IMG/VR virus record: IMGVR_UViG_3300028676_000005 | Location: 62,001 to 126,000 of that record | Direction: 5' to 3' (one strand) | DNA: 64,000 nt | Shown here: in pieces, positions 47,864-56,236 of the stretch | Layout: each line of letters starts with the position of its first letter | Position numbering within the stretch: position 1 is the stretch's first letter | Notes under the pieces: model-generated | Database searches by the model: none | The model's input: only the letters and a program-made list of their open reading frames with translations | What the model was told of the DNA's origin: nothing | Position numbers and translations under genes: made by a program

Positions 47864-48604
47864 TTAGACGATATGTCGTTTGACGATTTCCAGCAGCGTA
47901 TTATAGCTGCCAGGTGGAAAGGTGTACGTTGGGGTAGCTTTGGTCAAATCAATTTCACCCAGATCCTCAACACTATCCAGGATAAAAACTCGAATACTTT
48001 GATTGTGCGGTGCCGCGATCACAATGAAAGATTCGTCAGTGGTGCGGTTTTCAATAATCGAATACACCGCACCAAGTACATGGGAAATAGTAACACGCAG
48101 CGCCTTGGCCTCGAATACACCAAACGAAGTGGTCTTGGCAAAAGTTTGATTGTTCCAGGCGTCAGCGTGAACTATTTTCCGGACAATCCGATCCAAATAC
48201 TCTGGATCATCAGCAGTGGGAACGGCCGGTTCCGAGAAAATGCGAGGAGCCAGTTCAGGCAGACCTTTTGCAGCTGGGCAGTATTTAACAATTTGCTGAA
48301 GAAACGTCCCCAGGAAATCCAGGACTTGAACAATTGGTTCTTCAGCGATAGAACCGTTAATGGCCTCGCTGCCAGTTTTGTAAACGTAGCCGCCAGGGGT
48401 CTTGATTACGGCAAAGAACATAGCACCGATGTAACCGTGGCCGTAGGCACAACCACCAGTGAACTGAAAGCTGATGTTGGTCTCCAGGCCGTAGGAATCA
48501 CCCTGAAGAACGCGCTTGGAAAGAAAACGACTAGGGTCTTTTTCATTACGTGGATCGTTAATGTAATTGAAAAAGTTCATGAACACATTGTTTGTATCGG
48601 TCAT
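47864..48604 (-). CDS. Hypothetical protein
   Basis: 246 aa, codon-biased. Confidence 0.8.
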   Translation of the reverse strand: MTDTNNVFMNFFNYINDPRNEKDPSRFLSKRVLQGDSYGLETNISFQFTGGCAYGHGYIGAMFFAVIKTPGGYVYKTGSEAINGSIAEEPIVQVLDFLGTFLQQIVKYCPAAKGLPELAPRIFSEPAVPTADDPEYLDRIVRKIVHADAWNNQTFAKTTSFGVFEAKALRVTISHVLGAVYSIIENRTTDESFIVIAAPHNQSIRVFILDSVEDLGEIDLTKATPTYTFPPGSYNTLLEIVKRHIV

Positions 48605-48634
48605 GACAAAGTACTCTTCTGTTAAGTTAGGTAG

Positions 48635-49099
48635 CTACTGCTTTACAATTTGCAGACTAGCCAAGTTTTCCGGTTTGAGGTTCTCAAAGATGAGCCTTCG
48701 AGAACCAGCCACTGATAATTCAAAATCGATGTTGTAGGGTCTGGTAGACAATGGAACGTATAGAACAGTTTCTTCAACCACTTCGGTTCCATCGTTAGCA
48801 CGATAACACCACATCACCTCACAAGGTTTAATATGGTCGGTATAAACGGTACCGTCTTTATCATGCGCACGAACCGCATGCGCCGCAGCAAGCTTTTGGA
48901 AGTGGCAAACTTGCTTTACAAAATGTTCATGGGCTGGGTCGTCCACTGGAAGACTTTCCAATATAGAAAGCGCGTCTTTTAGACACATTACTGCATTCGC
49001 GTAGTCCATTGCTCCAGCACCGAGACTGTTTACCAACAATCCGGCTTTCCACACATCCTGCCGCAAGAGCAATTCTGCCCGAGTTTCTTCTTTAGACAT
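48635..49099 (-). CDS. Hypothetical protein
   Basis: 154 aa, GGAG SD. Confidence 0.75.
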   Translation of the reverse strand: MSKEETRAELLLRQDVWKAGLLVNSLGAGAMDYANAVMCLKDALSILESLPVDDPAHEHFVKQVCHFQKLAAAHAVRAHDKDGTVYTDHIKPCEVMWCYRANDGTEVVEETVLYVPLSTRPYNIDFELSVAGSRRLIFENLKPENLASLQIVKQ

Positions 49100-49147
49100 A
49101 CAAACTCCAATAAAAAATAAGAGGACAGGACGCCCTCTTATTAATTG

Positions 49148-49705
49148 TTACGCGGTGCGTGACTTAGCTTTATCCCAAGCCCGTGCTTTGTTAGCACATA
49201 CTTCGATCAGGTCTTGCATCTTGATGGTCTCAAGATCTTTCAAATGCTGTTGGAAAGCCCCAATGATTGCGTTGACCTGTTTAACCAGATCAGCACCACG
49301 AATATCCAGGCCGTTAAGTTTACGACCAAACAACTCCATGATCATAGTTGTTTTGCCATTGCCCTTTTTCTTGGACCCGTACACGTAGATAGGGTCTTCG
49401 TTATCACAGAAGTGTGAAAAGGTTTCAGTAGTTGGCTTTCGTGCCCACGCTAAGAAACTTTCCAACCCATCAATAATGGACAGCACTTCGTCGCCATGTT
49501 TGCTAAGCATCTGGTAGACCATGTGAGGATCAAACTTCTCACAGTCCAGATTTGCACTCACATCGACAGAACCATGTTTACCAAAGTCCACAGTGGCACG
49601 CACGTTGATGTTGCTGGAAAGGCTAACAGTAGCCCCAGAACGAAAGACAACGTTACGACCAGTGAACTCAGGGAACAGAAAACGGTTAGCGATCAAAGTA
49701 GACAT
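49148..49705 (-). CDS. Hypothetical protein
   Basis: 185 aa, TAAGGA SD. Confidence 0.8.
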   Translation of the reverse strand: MSTLIANRFLFPEFTGRNVVFRSGATVSLSSNINVRATVDFGKHGSVDVSANLDCEKFDPHMVYQMLSKHGDEVLSIIDGLESFLAWARKPTTETFSHFCDNEDPIYVYGSKKKGNGKTTMIMELFGRKLNGLDIRGADLVKQVNAIIGAFQQHLKDLETIKMQDLIEVCANKARAWDKAKSRTA

Positions 49706-49751
49706 GGTATTTCCTTAATTGCCAAAAGGCTAATTGTTGGGTTGTTGTATG

Positions 49752-49994
49752 TTAGGAAAACAGGATCGAGTTGTAGCCAAAGCTAGCGGCGACCATCTCA
49801 ATGAGAAGGAACACAACTACCAGAATAAGCACCGCTGCCAAAGAGCAGAGTATCTTGAGGCCACGCTCGTAGAAGTGAGAGAGATCTGTACGCTCTAGTT
49901 CTCTTTCTTGGACACGCACAATCGCGACCAAGAGAACCAGAACAACCAGAAGCATTGCCATGAACTTGTTTTGTGTAAAGCCGCCGCTGAGCAT
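49752..49994 (-). CDS. Two-TM early membrane protein
   Basis: 80 aa, two hydrophobic helices, GGAGG SD, first gene after a promoter. Confidence 0.75.
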   Translation of the reverse strand: MLSGGFTQNKFMAMLLVVLVLLVAIVRVQERELERTDLSHFYERGLKILCSLAAVLILVVVFLLIEMVAASFGYNSILFS

Positions 49995-50030
49995 AAATAT
50001 TCCTCCGTGATTAATTTTGGTTTACTACTC

Positions 50031-50050
50031 ACCGGAGTAATATAGATCCA
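50031..50050 (-). promoter_or_regulatory. Phage early promoter
   Basis: Minus strand TCTATATTAC-TCCG-GT. Confidence 0.8.
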
Positions 50051-50068
50051 AGCTTTTCCAAAAGTTAA

Positions 50069-50578
50069 TCAGAAATTGTTATGGTACATTGTTGTATAAA
50101 TGGGTCCCTCTTGTTCAAGGACAAACCCGAGTTTGAGATAGAGACGCAAAGCGTTGAGGTTAAAATTAACCACTGTAAGCTTTAAACGATCTTTAAAAAT
50201 CTCCATATGGTTACGGATCAAATAACTAGCAATACCCAAACCACGACAATCCTCACGAACAAACAATGCCGAAACAACGTTAGGCTCATCTACGGTCATG
50301 AATGCAACCGGGGTAATACCAAAATAAACCACGTACGTCCACTTGGCTTTCTTAGCACACATTACCCAATAAGTTTTAAGCTTGGGCATGTCGTCACGAG
50401 AATCTGCCGCCGAATGTTTCAGAGAGTCATTAGGAGCACCATTTTCAATAAACGTAAGGTCGCTACGTGTAAGCTCCATCCACAGTTCCATTACGTCCGT
50501 GGAAACTTTTGTAGGCACGCACTGGTGAGCGTACATCTTGAGCTTACCAAAGTGGTGAAGCTGTAAATCATTCTGCAT
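50069..50578 (-). CDS. GNAT acetyltransferase
   Basis: LFVREDCRGLGIA (motif A) and N.NALRLY.KLGF; start ATG 50578. Confidence 0.9.
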   Translation of the reverse strand: MQNDLQLHHFGKLKMYAHQCVPTKVSTDVMELWMELTRSDLTFIENGAPNDSLKHSAADSRDDMPKLKTYWVMCAKKAKWTYVVYFGITPVAFMTVDEPNVVSALFVREDCRGLGIASYLIRNHMEIFKDRLKLTVVNFNLNALRLYLKLGFVLEQEGPIYTTMYHNNF

Positions 50579-51218
50579 TGGTGAGTTCCTTACGGGCAAG
50601 CACCAGAAGTGATTCCAGTTCCTTCAAGGTGTAATGCCCGTCTACCACAGCGTGATCACCGCGGAAATCAATGTAGCTTTTGTCGGCCCCGTCAACGATG
50701 TTGTTGTGATATTCCATGTTAACCGGAGTAGTCGCTATTGATTCAGCAAAACCTGTAGCCCATGGTGACGCGGTCATGGTTACATCAAATCCAGTGCGGG
50801 TGGCCAGCTTAAGCAGCTCAGGATGATCCCCGCCCCATCTTGATACAAACTGTTGGTGCTCGTCCTTACGGAATTTCTTAAACTCCATAATGAGATTTGT
50901 TGCGATGCGCTGTTTGCGATACGGGGGGTCTACATACACCTCGAGTACTCGGTTACCAGCACAAATTACGTAGCCAACATATTCATTAGAAGTCGACAAA
51001 GAAGCATCAAAGGCAAGACCGATGTAATCCACACCAGTGTCAAGAATAGAAGAAAACTCTGCTATTCGCACGCCGTCACCAACGATATACGGAATATTGT
51101 AAAGTTTGCTAAATAGCGCAATAAACTTTTCAAATACGTGCTTGTAGAAAGTGGGGGAAAACTCTTTACCTGCTTCAGCTTTATGGTTGCGTTCAAAATC
51201 ACGATACATAATAGTCAT
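50568..51218 (-). CDS. GNAT acetyltransferase with an extra C-terminal module
   Basis: VYVDPPYRKQRIAT and LATRTGF; ATG 51218 with AGGAGG SD. Confidence 0.8.
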   Translation of the reverse strand: MTIMYRDFERNHKAEAGKEFSPTFYKHVFEKFIALFSKLYNIPYIVGDGVRIAEFSSILDTGVDYIGLAFDASLSTSNEYVGYVICAGNRVLEVYVDPPYRKQRIATNLIMEFKKFRKDEHQQFVSRWGGDHPELLKLATRTGFDVTMTASPWATGFAESIATTPVNMEYHNNIVDGADKSYIDFRGDHAVVDGHYTLKELESLLVLARKELTNAE

Positions 51219-51219
51219 G

Positions 51220-51720
51220 TTAGTCATCCTCCTTCTCAAGTTCTTGTTCTGCCAGTTCAACAATCGCCCTTAACTCATTAAGGGTATACCGCCCATCCAC
51301 AATTGCGTGTGTTCCGCGAAATTCGAGAAGACCCTGGTTACCCGACAGCACAACTCTTGGACTTGGTTGTTTGGGGGTGATGTAGTTACGTTGGAAATCC
51401 AACATGAACTCACCTACTTTACGATTCAACCCACCTTTAGCAATAAACATGTGCGTACAGCGAACATTAGAGCTATAAACATAACCAAGCATTTTGTTTT
51501 CTTTATCTGTCGCTATAATGATCCACTCTACTCCACCGCTAATCAGTTGTTGCCAAATTGCATCTGTGGGTTCAATGATCCGATGAGTACGATAGGCTAT
51601 GTTTTGGCAATACAGTTCCAAAAAACCTGGTTTGATCTTCTCATGGAACTCTGCGCTAAAATCGCTTGTAAGCGCATCCAGCATGCGATTGTGTTCATAC
51701 CGCGTAACAGTAATACCCAT
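51220..51720 (-). CDS. Degenerate/truncated GNAT paralogue
   Basis: Collinear with 50568-51218 (FSAEF, LGYV, MFI...NRKVG); shares the C-terminal FRG.HA.VDG.YTL.EL. Confidence 0.65.
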   Translation of the reverse strand: MGITVTRYEHNRMLDALTSDFSAEFHEKIKPGFLELYCQNIAYRTHRIIEPTDAIWQQLISGGVEWIIIATDKENKMLGYVYSSNVRCTHMFIAKGGLNRKVGEFMLDFQRNYITPKQPSPRVVLSGNQGLLEFRGTHAIVDGRYTLNELRAIVELAEQELEKEDD

Positions 51721-51748
51721 AAATAAAAAATCCTTAAAGAGGTGGTGA

Positions 51749-51769
51749 GTGGGTAGCAACGCTACCCAC
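51749..51769 (-). terminator. Hairpin terminator
   Basis: GTGGGTAGC/GCTACCCAC stem. Confidence 0.6.
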
Positions 51770-51777
51770 CCTACAGG

Positions 51778-52212
51778 TTAGTGTTTGGTGCAGCCGGCCA
51801 AAACAATACCACGGTTAATTGGAGACATTGGCGGCTTGGTGCGGTCGCCCATGTAGATCAGGAAATACAGATTGCCATTAGGGGCAAACTTTTTGAACAT
51901 CATGTCGATCGCATTACCAGAAATTCCGGTAATAGCACCACCGACAGGGATACTTAGTTTCAACTCATCCGTGAAGAGGATGTTCTTCTCCACAGTAAAC
52001 ATGTACTTGGTTTGGGTGATAGTGGTTTCCAGTTCTACTACCGGGTTATCGGTAACAAAACCGTTTTCACCATCGACGACGTTGTCGGTGTACTTGGTGC
52101 AGGTGTAACTGGTGTCGACTTTGGCATCCTCAATATAAGGAGCTTGGTAAACGGAACCAAAACAGATAGCGGGTACCAACAGTGCGAGTGCCAAAGATGC
52201 TTGTTTAAACAT
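51778..52212 (-). CDS. Secreted/periplasmic protein
   Basis: Signal peptide MFKQASLALALLVPAICFG; Cys near each end of the mature chain. Confidence 0.8.
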   Translation of the reverse strand: MFKQASLALALLVPAICFGSVYQAPYIEDAKVDTSYTCTKYTDNVVDGENGFVTDNPVVELETTITQTKYMFTVEKNILFTDELKLSIPVGGAITGISGNAIDMMFKKFAPNGNLYFLIYMGDRTKPPMSPINRGIVLAGCTKH

Positions 52213-52238
52213 GGTGTACTCCTAATGGTAACTTCTTA

Positions 52239-52601
52239 TTAGCGATTAAAATTGAATTCGGGACGACTCACCCCAAGTATTTTTAATACGGGGTCTTCGC
52301 CTTTACCGAAGGGAGGAGACTTGCGGTTAATGCTGAATTGCTTATCTTCCAACTTGGCAAACCCACGGTTTAAAGCCACCACTCGCGGCGCACCGGTTTG
52401 CCGCATATGCCACAATACCCAGTCGTTAGACAAGAGGTTATCAAAACCTCCGGTCAACTTAGGTTCTAGATCCAGCGCAAGTTTAATACGATTAAGTACT
52501 AACGTTGCATTAGGTCCCAGAACATTGCTGATGGGTTTAAGGGCAAGCGCTGGCCTTTTTACAAGACGATCGGGTCCTTCATCCCCATGAAAATCAGCCA
52601 T
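52239..52601 (-). CDS. Hypothetical protein
   Basis: 120 aa. Confidence 0.7.
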   Translation of the reverse strand: MADFHGDEGPDRLVKRPALALKPISNVLGPNATLVLNRIKLALDLEPKLTGGFDNLLSNDWVLWHMRQTGAPRVVALNRGFAKLEDKQFSINRKSPPFGKGEDPVLKILGVSRPEFNFNR

Positions 52602-52606
52602 GTTAG

Positions 52607-53542
52607 TTACCCCTTGTTTTTTGGATTTTCATAAGACAGGGTGTTTGCGTACTTTTCGGCAGCAGTCTCATGATTACTCTTAAGCAGGTTGTAATTTTTC
52701 ATGATTACTTCCCGCATGATGGTGTTGCCATTCTGGGTACAGACATAAATAGCCTGGTTACCAGCAGAGTCGTGAGCGATATGTAGCACACGGTTGTCAC
52801 TGGTAACGTGTGTACGATGATAAACGTCGCCCTCCATAAGAGCAGGAATGGTGACGTTGAAGCCTTCTGGGGCTTCTTTACCGCTCAGTGAATTCCAGAG
52901 AGAACGCGGGCCGGTCAGGGCTTCTGGAAGTTTAAAGCACGGACTGTCGTTAATAACGATTTCCGCACGGTTACCTTCTTTGTCCAACGGCATTTGGTCA
53001 TCAGGAATTACTGTGCAGATAACCCCACGATCACCGTGCATATCGGTGAGTTTGTAAGGATACTTGTGTTCGCCCAAAGCAGCGCGACCTTTGTCAGTAA
53101 GACATTGTGAAGTCAAACAGTCGTGATCAAGTAATGCAAGATCCAGACCTTCACCACGAATGTCCATTTGTTCTTGTTGACCTGGATGAATCAGACCGGC
53201 AGTTTCTGCATTGGCCTTTGCATTCATTGCGTCGTAAATGAGTTGATCCGCTCCAGGCATGACACCTTCAAAATCAGCGTTCATCCCCTTTACATGTCGG
53301 TGTGGGGTAATTGCATATGACACACCGCCAATCGATACCCAATCGCCAGTGATATGAATACCACAAAAGCCCCAAAAGGACTTTACCACTTTGCGCATAT
53401 GACCTTGCATTTGGTCAATGCCCAAAACAATGGACGCACGATCTTCCGCAGAGGCCTGATTCCAGAAGTCCATAACAAACTTTTGGATTGCTTCGTTACC
53501 TTCAACGTCAGCCAAGTCTTTGATGAAATCAAAAATGTTCAT
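52607..53542 (-). CDS. Mosaic protein with RNA polymerase active-site-like peptides
   Basis: 311 aa, GAGG SD; NADFEG and KLTDMHGDRGVIC...DDQMPLDKEGNRAEIVIN. Confidence 0.8.
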   Translation of the reverse strand: MNIFDFIKDLADVEGNEAIQKFVMDFWNQASAEDRASIVLGIDQMQGHMRKVVKSFWGFCGIHITGDWVSIGGVSYAITPHRHVKGMNADFEGVMPGADQLIYDAMNAKANAETAGLIHPGQQEQMDIRGEGLDLALLDHDCLTSQCLTDKGRAALGEHKYPYKLTDMHGDRGVICTVIPDDQMPLDKEGNRAEIVINDSPCFKLPEALTGPRSLWNSLSGKEAPEGFNVTIPALMEGDVYHRTHVTSDNRVLHIAHDSAGNQAIYVCTQNGNTIMREVIMKNYNLLKSNHETAAEKYANTLSYENPKNKG

Positions 53543-53564
53543 GGTGTTACCTCATTAATTAAAT

Positions 53565-53774
53565 TTAGGCAGCAGCTTTACAGATGCCACGCTTGACAGG
53601 TTGTTTGTTGATACGGAGCATTGCAGCCATTACAGCACGATTGTAGGTTGCGTTAAACGCGGCTTGGTACCACTCAACCCATTTAACGTTGATTGCGCTT
53701 GGATCACCATCACAGCTTACTACAAGAGCAGGCTCACTAGTGAGGGTGTGGTTCTTCTTGATGCAAGTTTTCAT
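53565..53774 (-). CDS. Small protein with a WxxWY module
   Basis: 69 aa. Confidence 0.65.
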   Translation of the reverse strand: MKTCIKKNHTLTSEPALVVSCDGDPSAINVKWVEWYQAAFNATYNRAVMAAMLRINKQPVKRGICKAAA

Positions 53775-54024
53775 TTGGTTTATCTTCCATGGTGAACAAC
53801 CCCAGCCGATCTTTCAGCAGGGATGGTTTATTTTTGGTGCTCGGCAGCGCAGGAACACTGGTGTCGAGTTGTTTAAGAAATTTGTGGACATTCCGGCCAG
53901 CGTCCAATTCAAAGTTACCAAACCCAATGGTCAGATACTCATCAGACGTCAAGCCCAACTTGATGCTACCCTCTGCGAACACGGCCGCGAGCAATCGTGC
54001 ACCTAAACTATCATTAACGTACAT
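53737..54024 (-). CDS. Hypothetical protein
   Basis: Start ATG 54024 or 54036. Confidence 0.6.
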   Translation of the reverse strand: MYVNDSLGARLLAAVFAEGSIKLGLTSDEYLTIGFGNFELDAGRNVHKFLKQLDTSVPALPSTKNKPSLLKDRLGLFTMEDKPNENLHQEEPHPH

Positions 54025-54026
54025 AG

Positions 54027-54341
54027 TCACCACCATACTGTCTTGTGCGCTTCTGGAAGTACTTTACCTTCTGCCTTTTCTTTAATACGTCTTTTGCACG
54101 TATTCAAAGCAATGTTAGAAGATACCCTTTTACGAATACGATACCATTTTTGCCAAAGAGGATTTGGCTTGCCAGACGTAGTTTCCAATTCTGGCTCAGG
54201 CAAGATAGCAATTCTTTCACAAAAAGCACGATGTGCTGATGTGGGAGTTGCCTTATGTAAGGCGGTGTACCACTCGGTCCAGGCAGATTGATTAAATCCA
54301 CCCTCTTCCGTAAACAACAAAGGTTCTTTGTTTTCGGTCAT
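54027..54341 (-). CDS. Early protein with two WxxWY modules
   Basis: 104 aa, AGGTG SD, first gene after a promoter. Confidence 0.75.
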   Translation of the reverse strand: MTENKEPLLFTEEGGFNQSAWTEWYTALHKATPTSAHRAFCERIAILPEPELETTSGKPNPLWQKWYRIRKRVSSNIALNTCKRRIKEKAEGKVLPEAHKTVWW

Positions 54342-54377
54342 AACGGTGTCACCTAATTAAATTGTTTAACCTTACTT

Positions 54378-54397
54378 ACACGAGTAATATAGGTTCA
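54378..54397 (-). promoter_or_regulatory. Phage early promoter
   Basis: Minus strand GAACCTATATTAC-TCGT-GT. Confidence 0.8.
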
Positions 54398-54463
54398 AAC
54401 AATCCTAGAAATTAAACGGTTTACCATATAGATGAGGTTACAGTACAAAAGAAAGAACCTTAC

Positions 54464-54498
54464 TAATACCCTCTAGCCCAAAAGGCTAGAGGGTATTA
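54464..54498 (-). terminator. Hairpin terminator
   Basis: 15-bp stem TAATACCCTCTAGCC. Confidence 0.8.
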
Positions 54499-54499
54499 A

Positions 54500-54709
54500 C
54501 TAACTGCGGCTACGACCTTTTTTGGCTTTCTTTGGATAAGTAGATGCCGGGCTGGCTTTAATGCCACACAGCACTTTCTTAACACTGTTCCCAAATGCTG
54601 CGGTTGCATGGAGCAACACTCCAGCTGCACGAGAACCCCCAATAAGCAAAATCTTTTTATCAGGGTTTTCATCATCTTGTAATTCAAGAGACTTAATAGT
54701 TTCGTTCAT
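54500..54709 (-). CDS. Small basic protein
   Basis: 69 aa, AAGGAG SD. Confidence 0.7.
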   Translation of the reverse strand: MNETIKSLELQDDENPDKKILLIGGSRAAGVLLHATAAFGNSVKKVLCGIKASPASTYPKKAKKGRSRS

Positions 54710-54718
54710 ACCGACTCC

Positions 54719-55252
54719 TTAAACAGTACGGGTTTTATCAGCCCAGTCCAGCAGGATGTCTTCTATGTCAAAGTAAACTTCTTTGTCGTGACTGTGTGGT
54801 CGCACAATGCCTTTATTAAGCTCTTTACGCAAAGTTTCAAACACAGCCATCATCTTGTCAGGATCAGGATGGGAACGATCCAGCACAGACCCGTCAGCGT
54901 GTTTGGTGGGATTGAGCGACGTACCTGTTTCTTCATTCAGAAATACCTGAGCATAGATACCCAAGTTTTGACTGTTGATGAAATCCAGATTGGCCAGCTC
55001 GCCTTTGTAGAAACACAATGTGCGAGAGGTACTGTCAATAACACCTGAAAAGTTGAGCAAGTCTTTTTCAAACTCTTCTTTGCAGGTGCCTTCCAGTGGG
55101 TGATTGGTATGTGCTTCCACAATACGACCACCGGACACATTGATTACACCGATACCCAGATCCCAACGAACTTGGGTTTCTGCCCCTGCTTCAATGACGT
55201 GACCGTGTTGCTTGATCTCATCTTTGAAGTTTACATCCATAATCCAACCCAT
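54719..55252 (-). CDS. Hypothetical protein
   Basis: 177 aa. Confidence 0.75.
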   Translation of the reverse strand: MGWIMDVNFKDEIKQHGHVIEAGAETQVRWDLGIGVINVSGGRIVEAHTNHPLEGTCKEEFEKDLLNFSGVIDSTSRTLCFYKGELANLDFINSQNLGIYAQVFLNEETGTSLNPTKHADGSVLDRSHPDPDKMMAVFETLRKELNKGIVRPHSHDKEVYFDIEDILLDWADKTRTV

Positions 55253-55260
55253 GCATCCCC

Positions 55261-55944
55261 CTAAATGACTTTTAAGTCATTCAAATCCAGCAAAGTGAAT
55301 TTACCAATACCAGGACGCCACCCTTCGGTATCAATGTAGTAGGTGTTACCCAGCTGGAGCATTTCCGGAACCGGGTTATGTCCCACCACTACCGCAAAGA
55401 TATCTTTGATTGGAGTAGCGTCCTTCAAGTTAAAACGAATACGGCTGTGGAAGCACTCATTCATTACAAGCTTGTGAGACTTGCGACGAAAGTTGTTCTC
55501 AAGGGCGTACACTAACTCAGCCCAGCTATCAAAATTACAGGCAGCATGAACAATACCAACGGTACCTTGTTTAGTGGCTACCTCAATTAAAACAGGCAGT
55601 TCAGTAAACTTGTCTACCAGCATGTCCTGATCCCTGAAATCAAGATGTTTGAACCACGCCCCCTTGTCTTTGTGGTTAAGCCATTTAGGTCGTGTAGCGT
55701 AGTTGACTAAATGGTTATCGTGGTTCCCACGTACCGATTCGGCATTATGCTTAGCAAGCCAAGCAGCAGCTTCATGAGACTTAGGACCACGATCTACCAA
55801 GTCACCCACAATAAACAACCGGTCTACTGCTTTGTTGTAGCCAATGCGTTCAAGCTCTGCATCAACTTCATCAAAGTGACCATGCACGTCCCCACAAGCA
55901 ATATCCCGTCCTAGAGTGTTAACCCCGAATCTTTTAACATACAT
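55261..55944 (-). CDS. Ser/Thr protein phosphatase (lambda NinI/PphA-like PPP family)
   Basis: GDVHG, GDLVDRGP, RGNHD, VHA, VGH and YIDT motifs. Confidence 0.93.
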   Translation of the reverse strand: MYVKRFGVNTLGRDIACGDVHGHFDEVDAELERIGYNKAVDRLFIVGDLVDRGPKSHEAAAWLAKHNAESVRGNHDNHLVNYATRPKWLNHKDKGAWFKHLDFRDQDMLVDKFTELPVLIEVATKQGTVGIVHAACNFDSWAELVYALENNFRRKSHKLVMNECFHSRIRFNLKDATPIKDIFAVVVGHNPVPEMLQLGNTYYIDTEGWRPGIGKFTLLDLNDLKVI

Positions 55945-55975
55945 ACCTACCTCTGAATTTTAATTGTACTTAGTA

Positions 55976-56236
55976 TTACGGCGCTGTTTTAATAGACCCT
56001 GCGTCGTCGATCGCTTTGATCAACTTGTCATAGTCTTCTTTGGCCTTAGTCTTGGCCGTCAGCTTTACCAAGCATTCAGTGGTACGGTATTCCCCATTAC
56101 ACATTTCTTTTTGGCCGCCATCGACAATTTTCCAAGCAATGGTAGCCGCAAGTACAACGCCAAGAAGCCCAAGTACGATTGAGATAATTTTTACACTGCG
56201 TCTGATGTAAGGGTCAGACTCAGAGAAACCTTTCAT
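55976..56236 (-). CDS. Single-pass membrane protein, C-x3-Y-x-T-x2-C family
   Basis: TM followed by CNGEYRTTEC. Confidence 0.8.
   Translation of the reverse strand: MKGFSESDPYIRRSVKIISIVLGLLGVVLAATIAWKIVDGGQKEMCNGEYRTTECLVKLTAKTKAKEDYDKLIKAIDDAGSIKTAP

Noticed and set aside
47600-48625. 341-aa plus-strand ORF
   Set aside because: Antisense shadow across two minus-strand genes that have SDs and a terminator.
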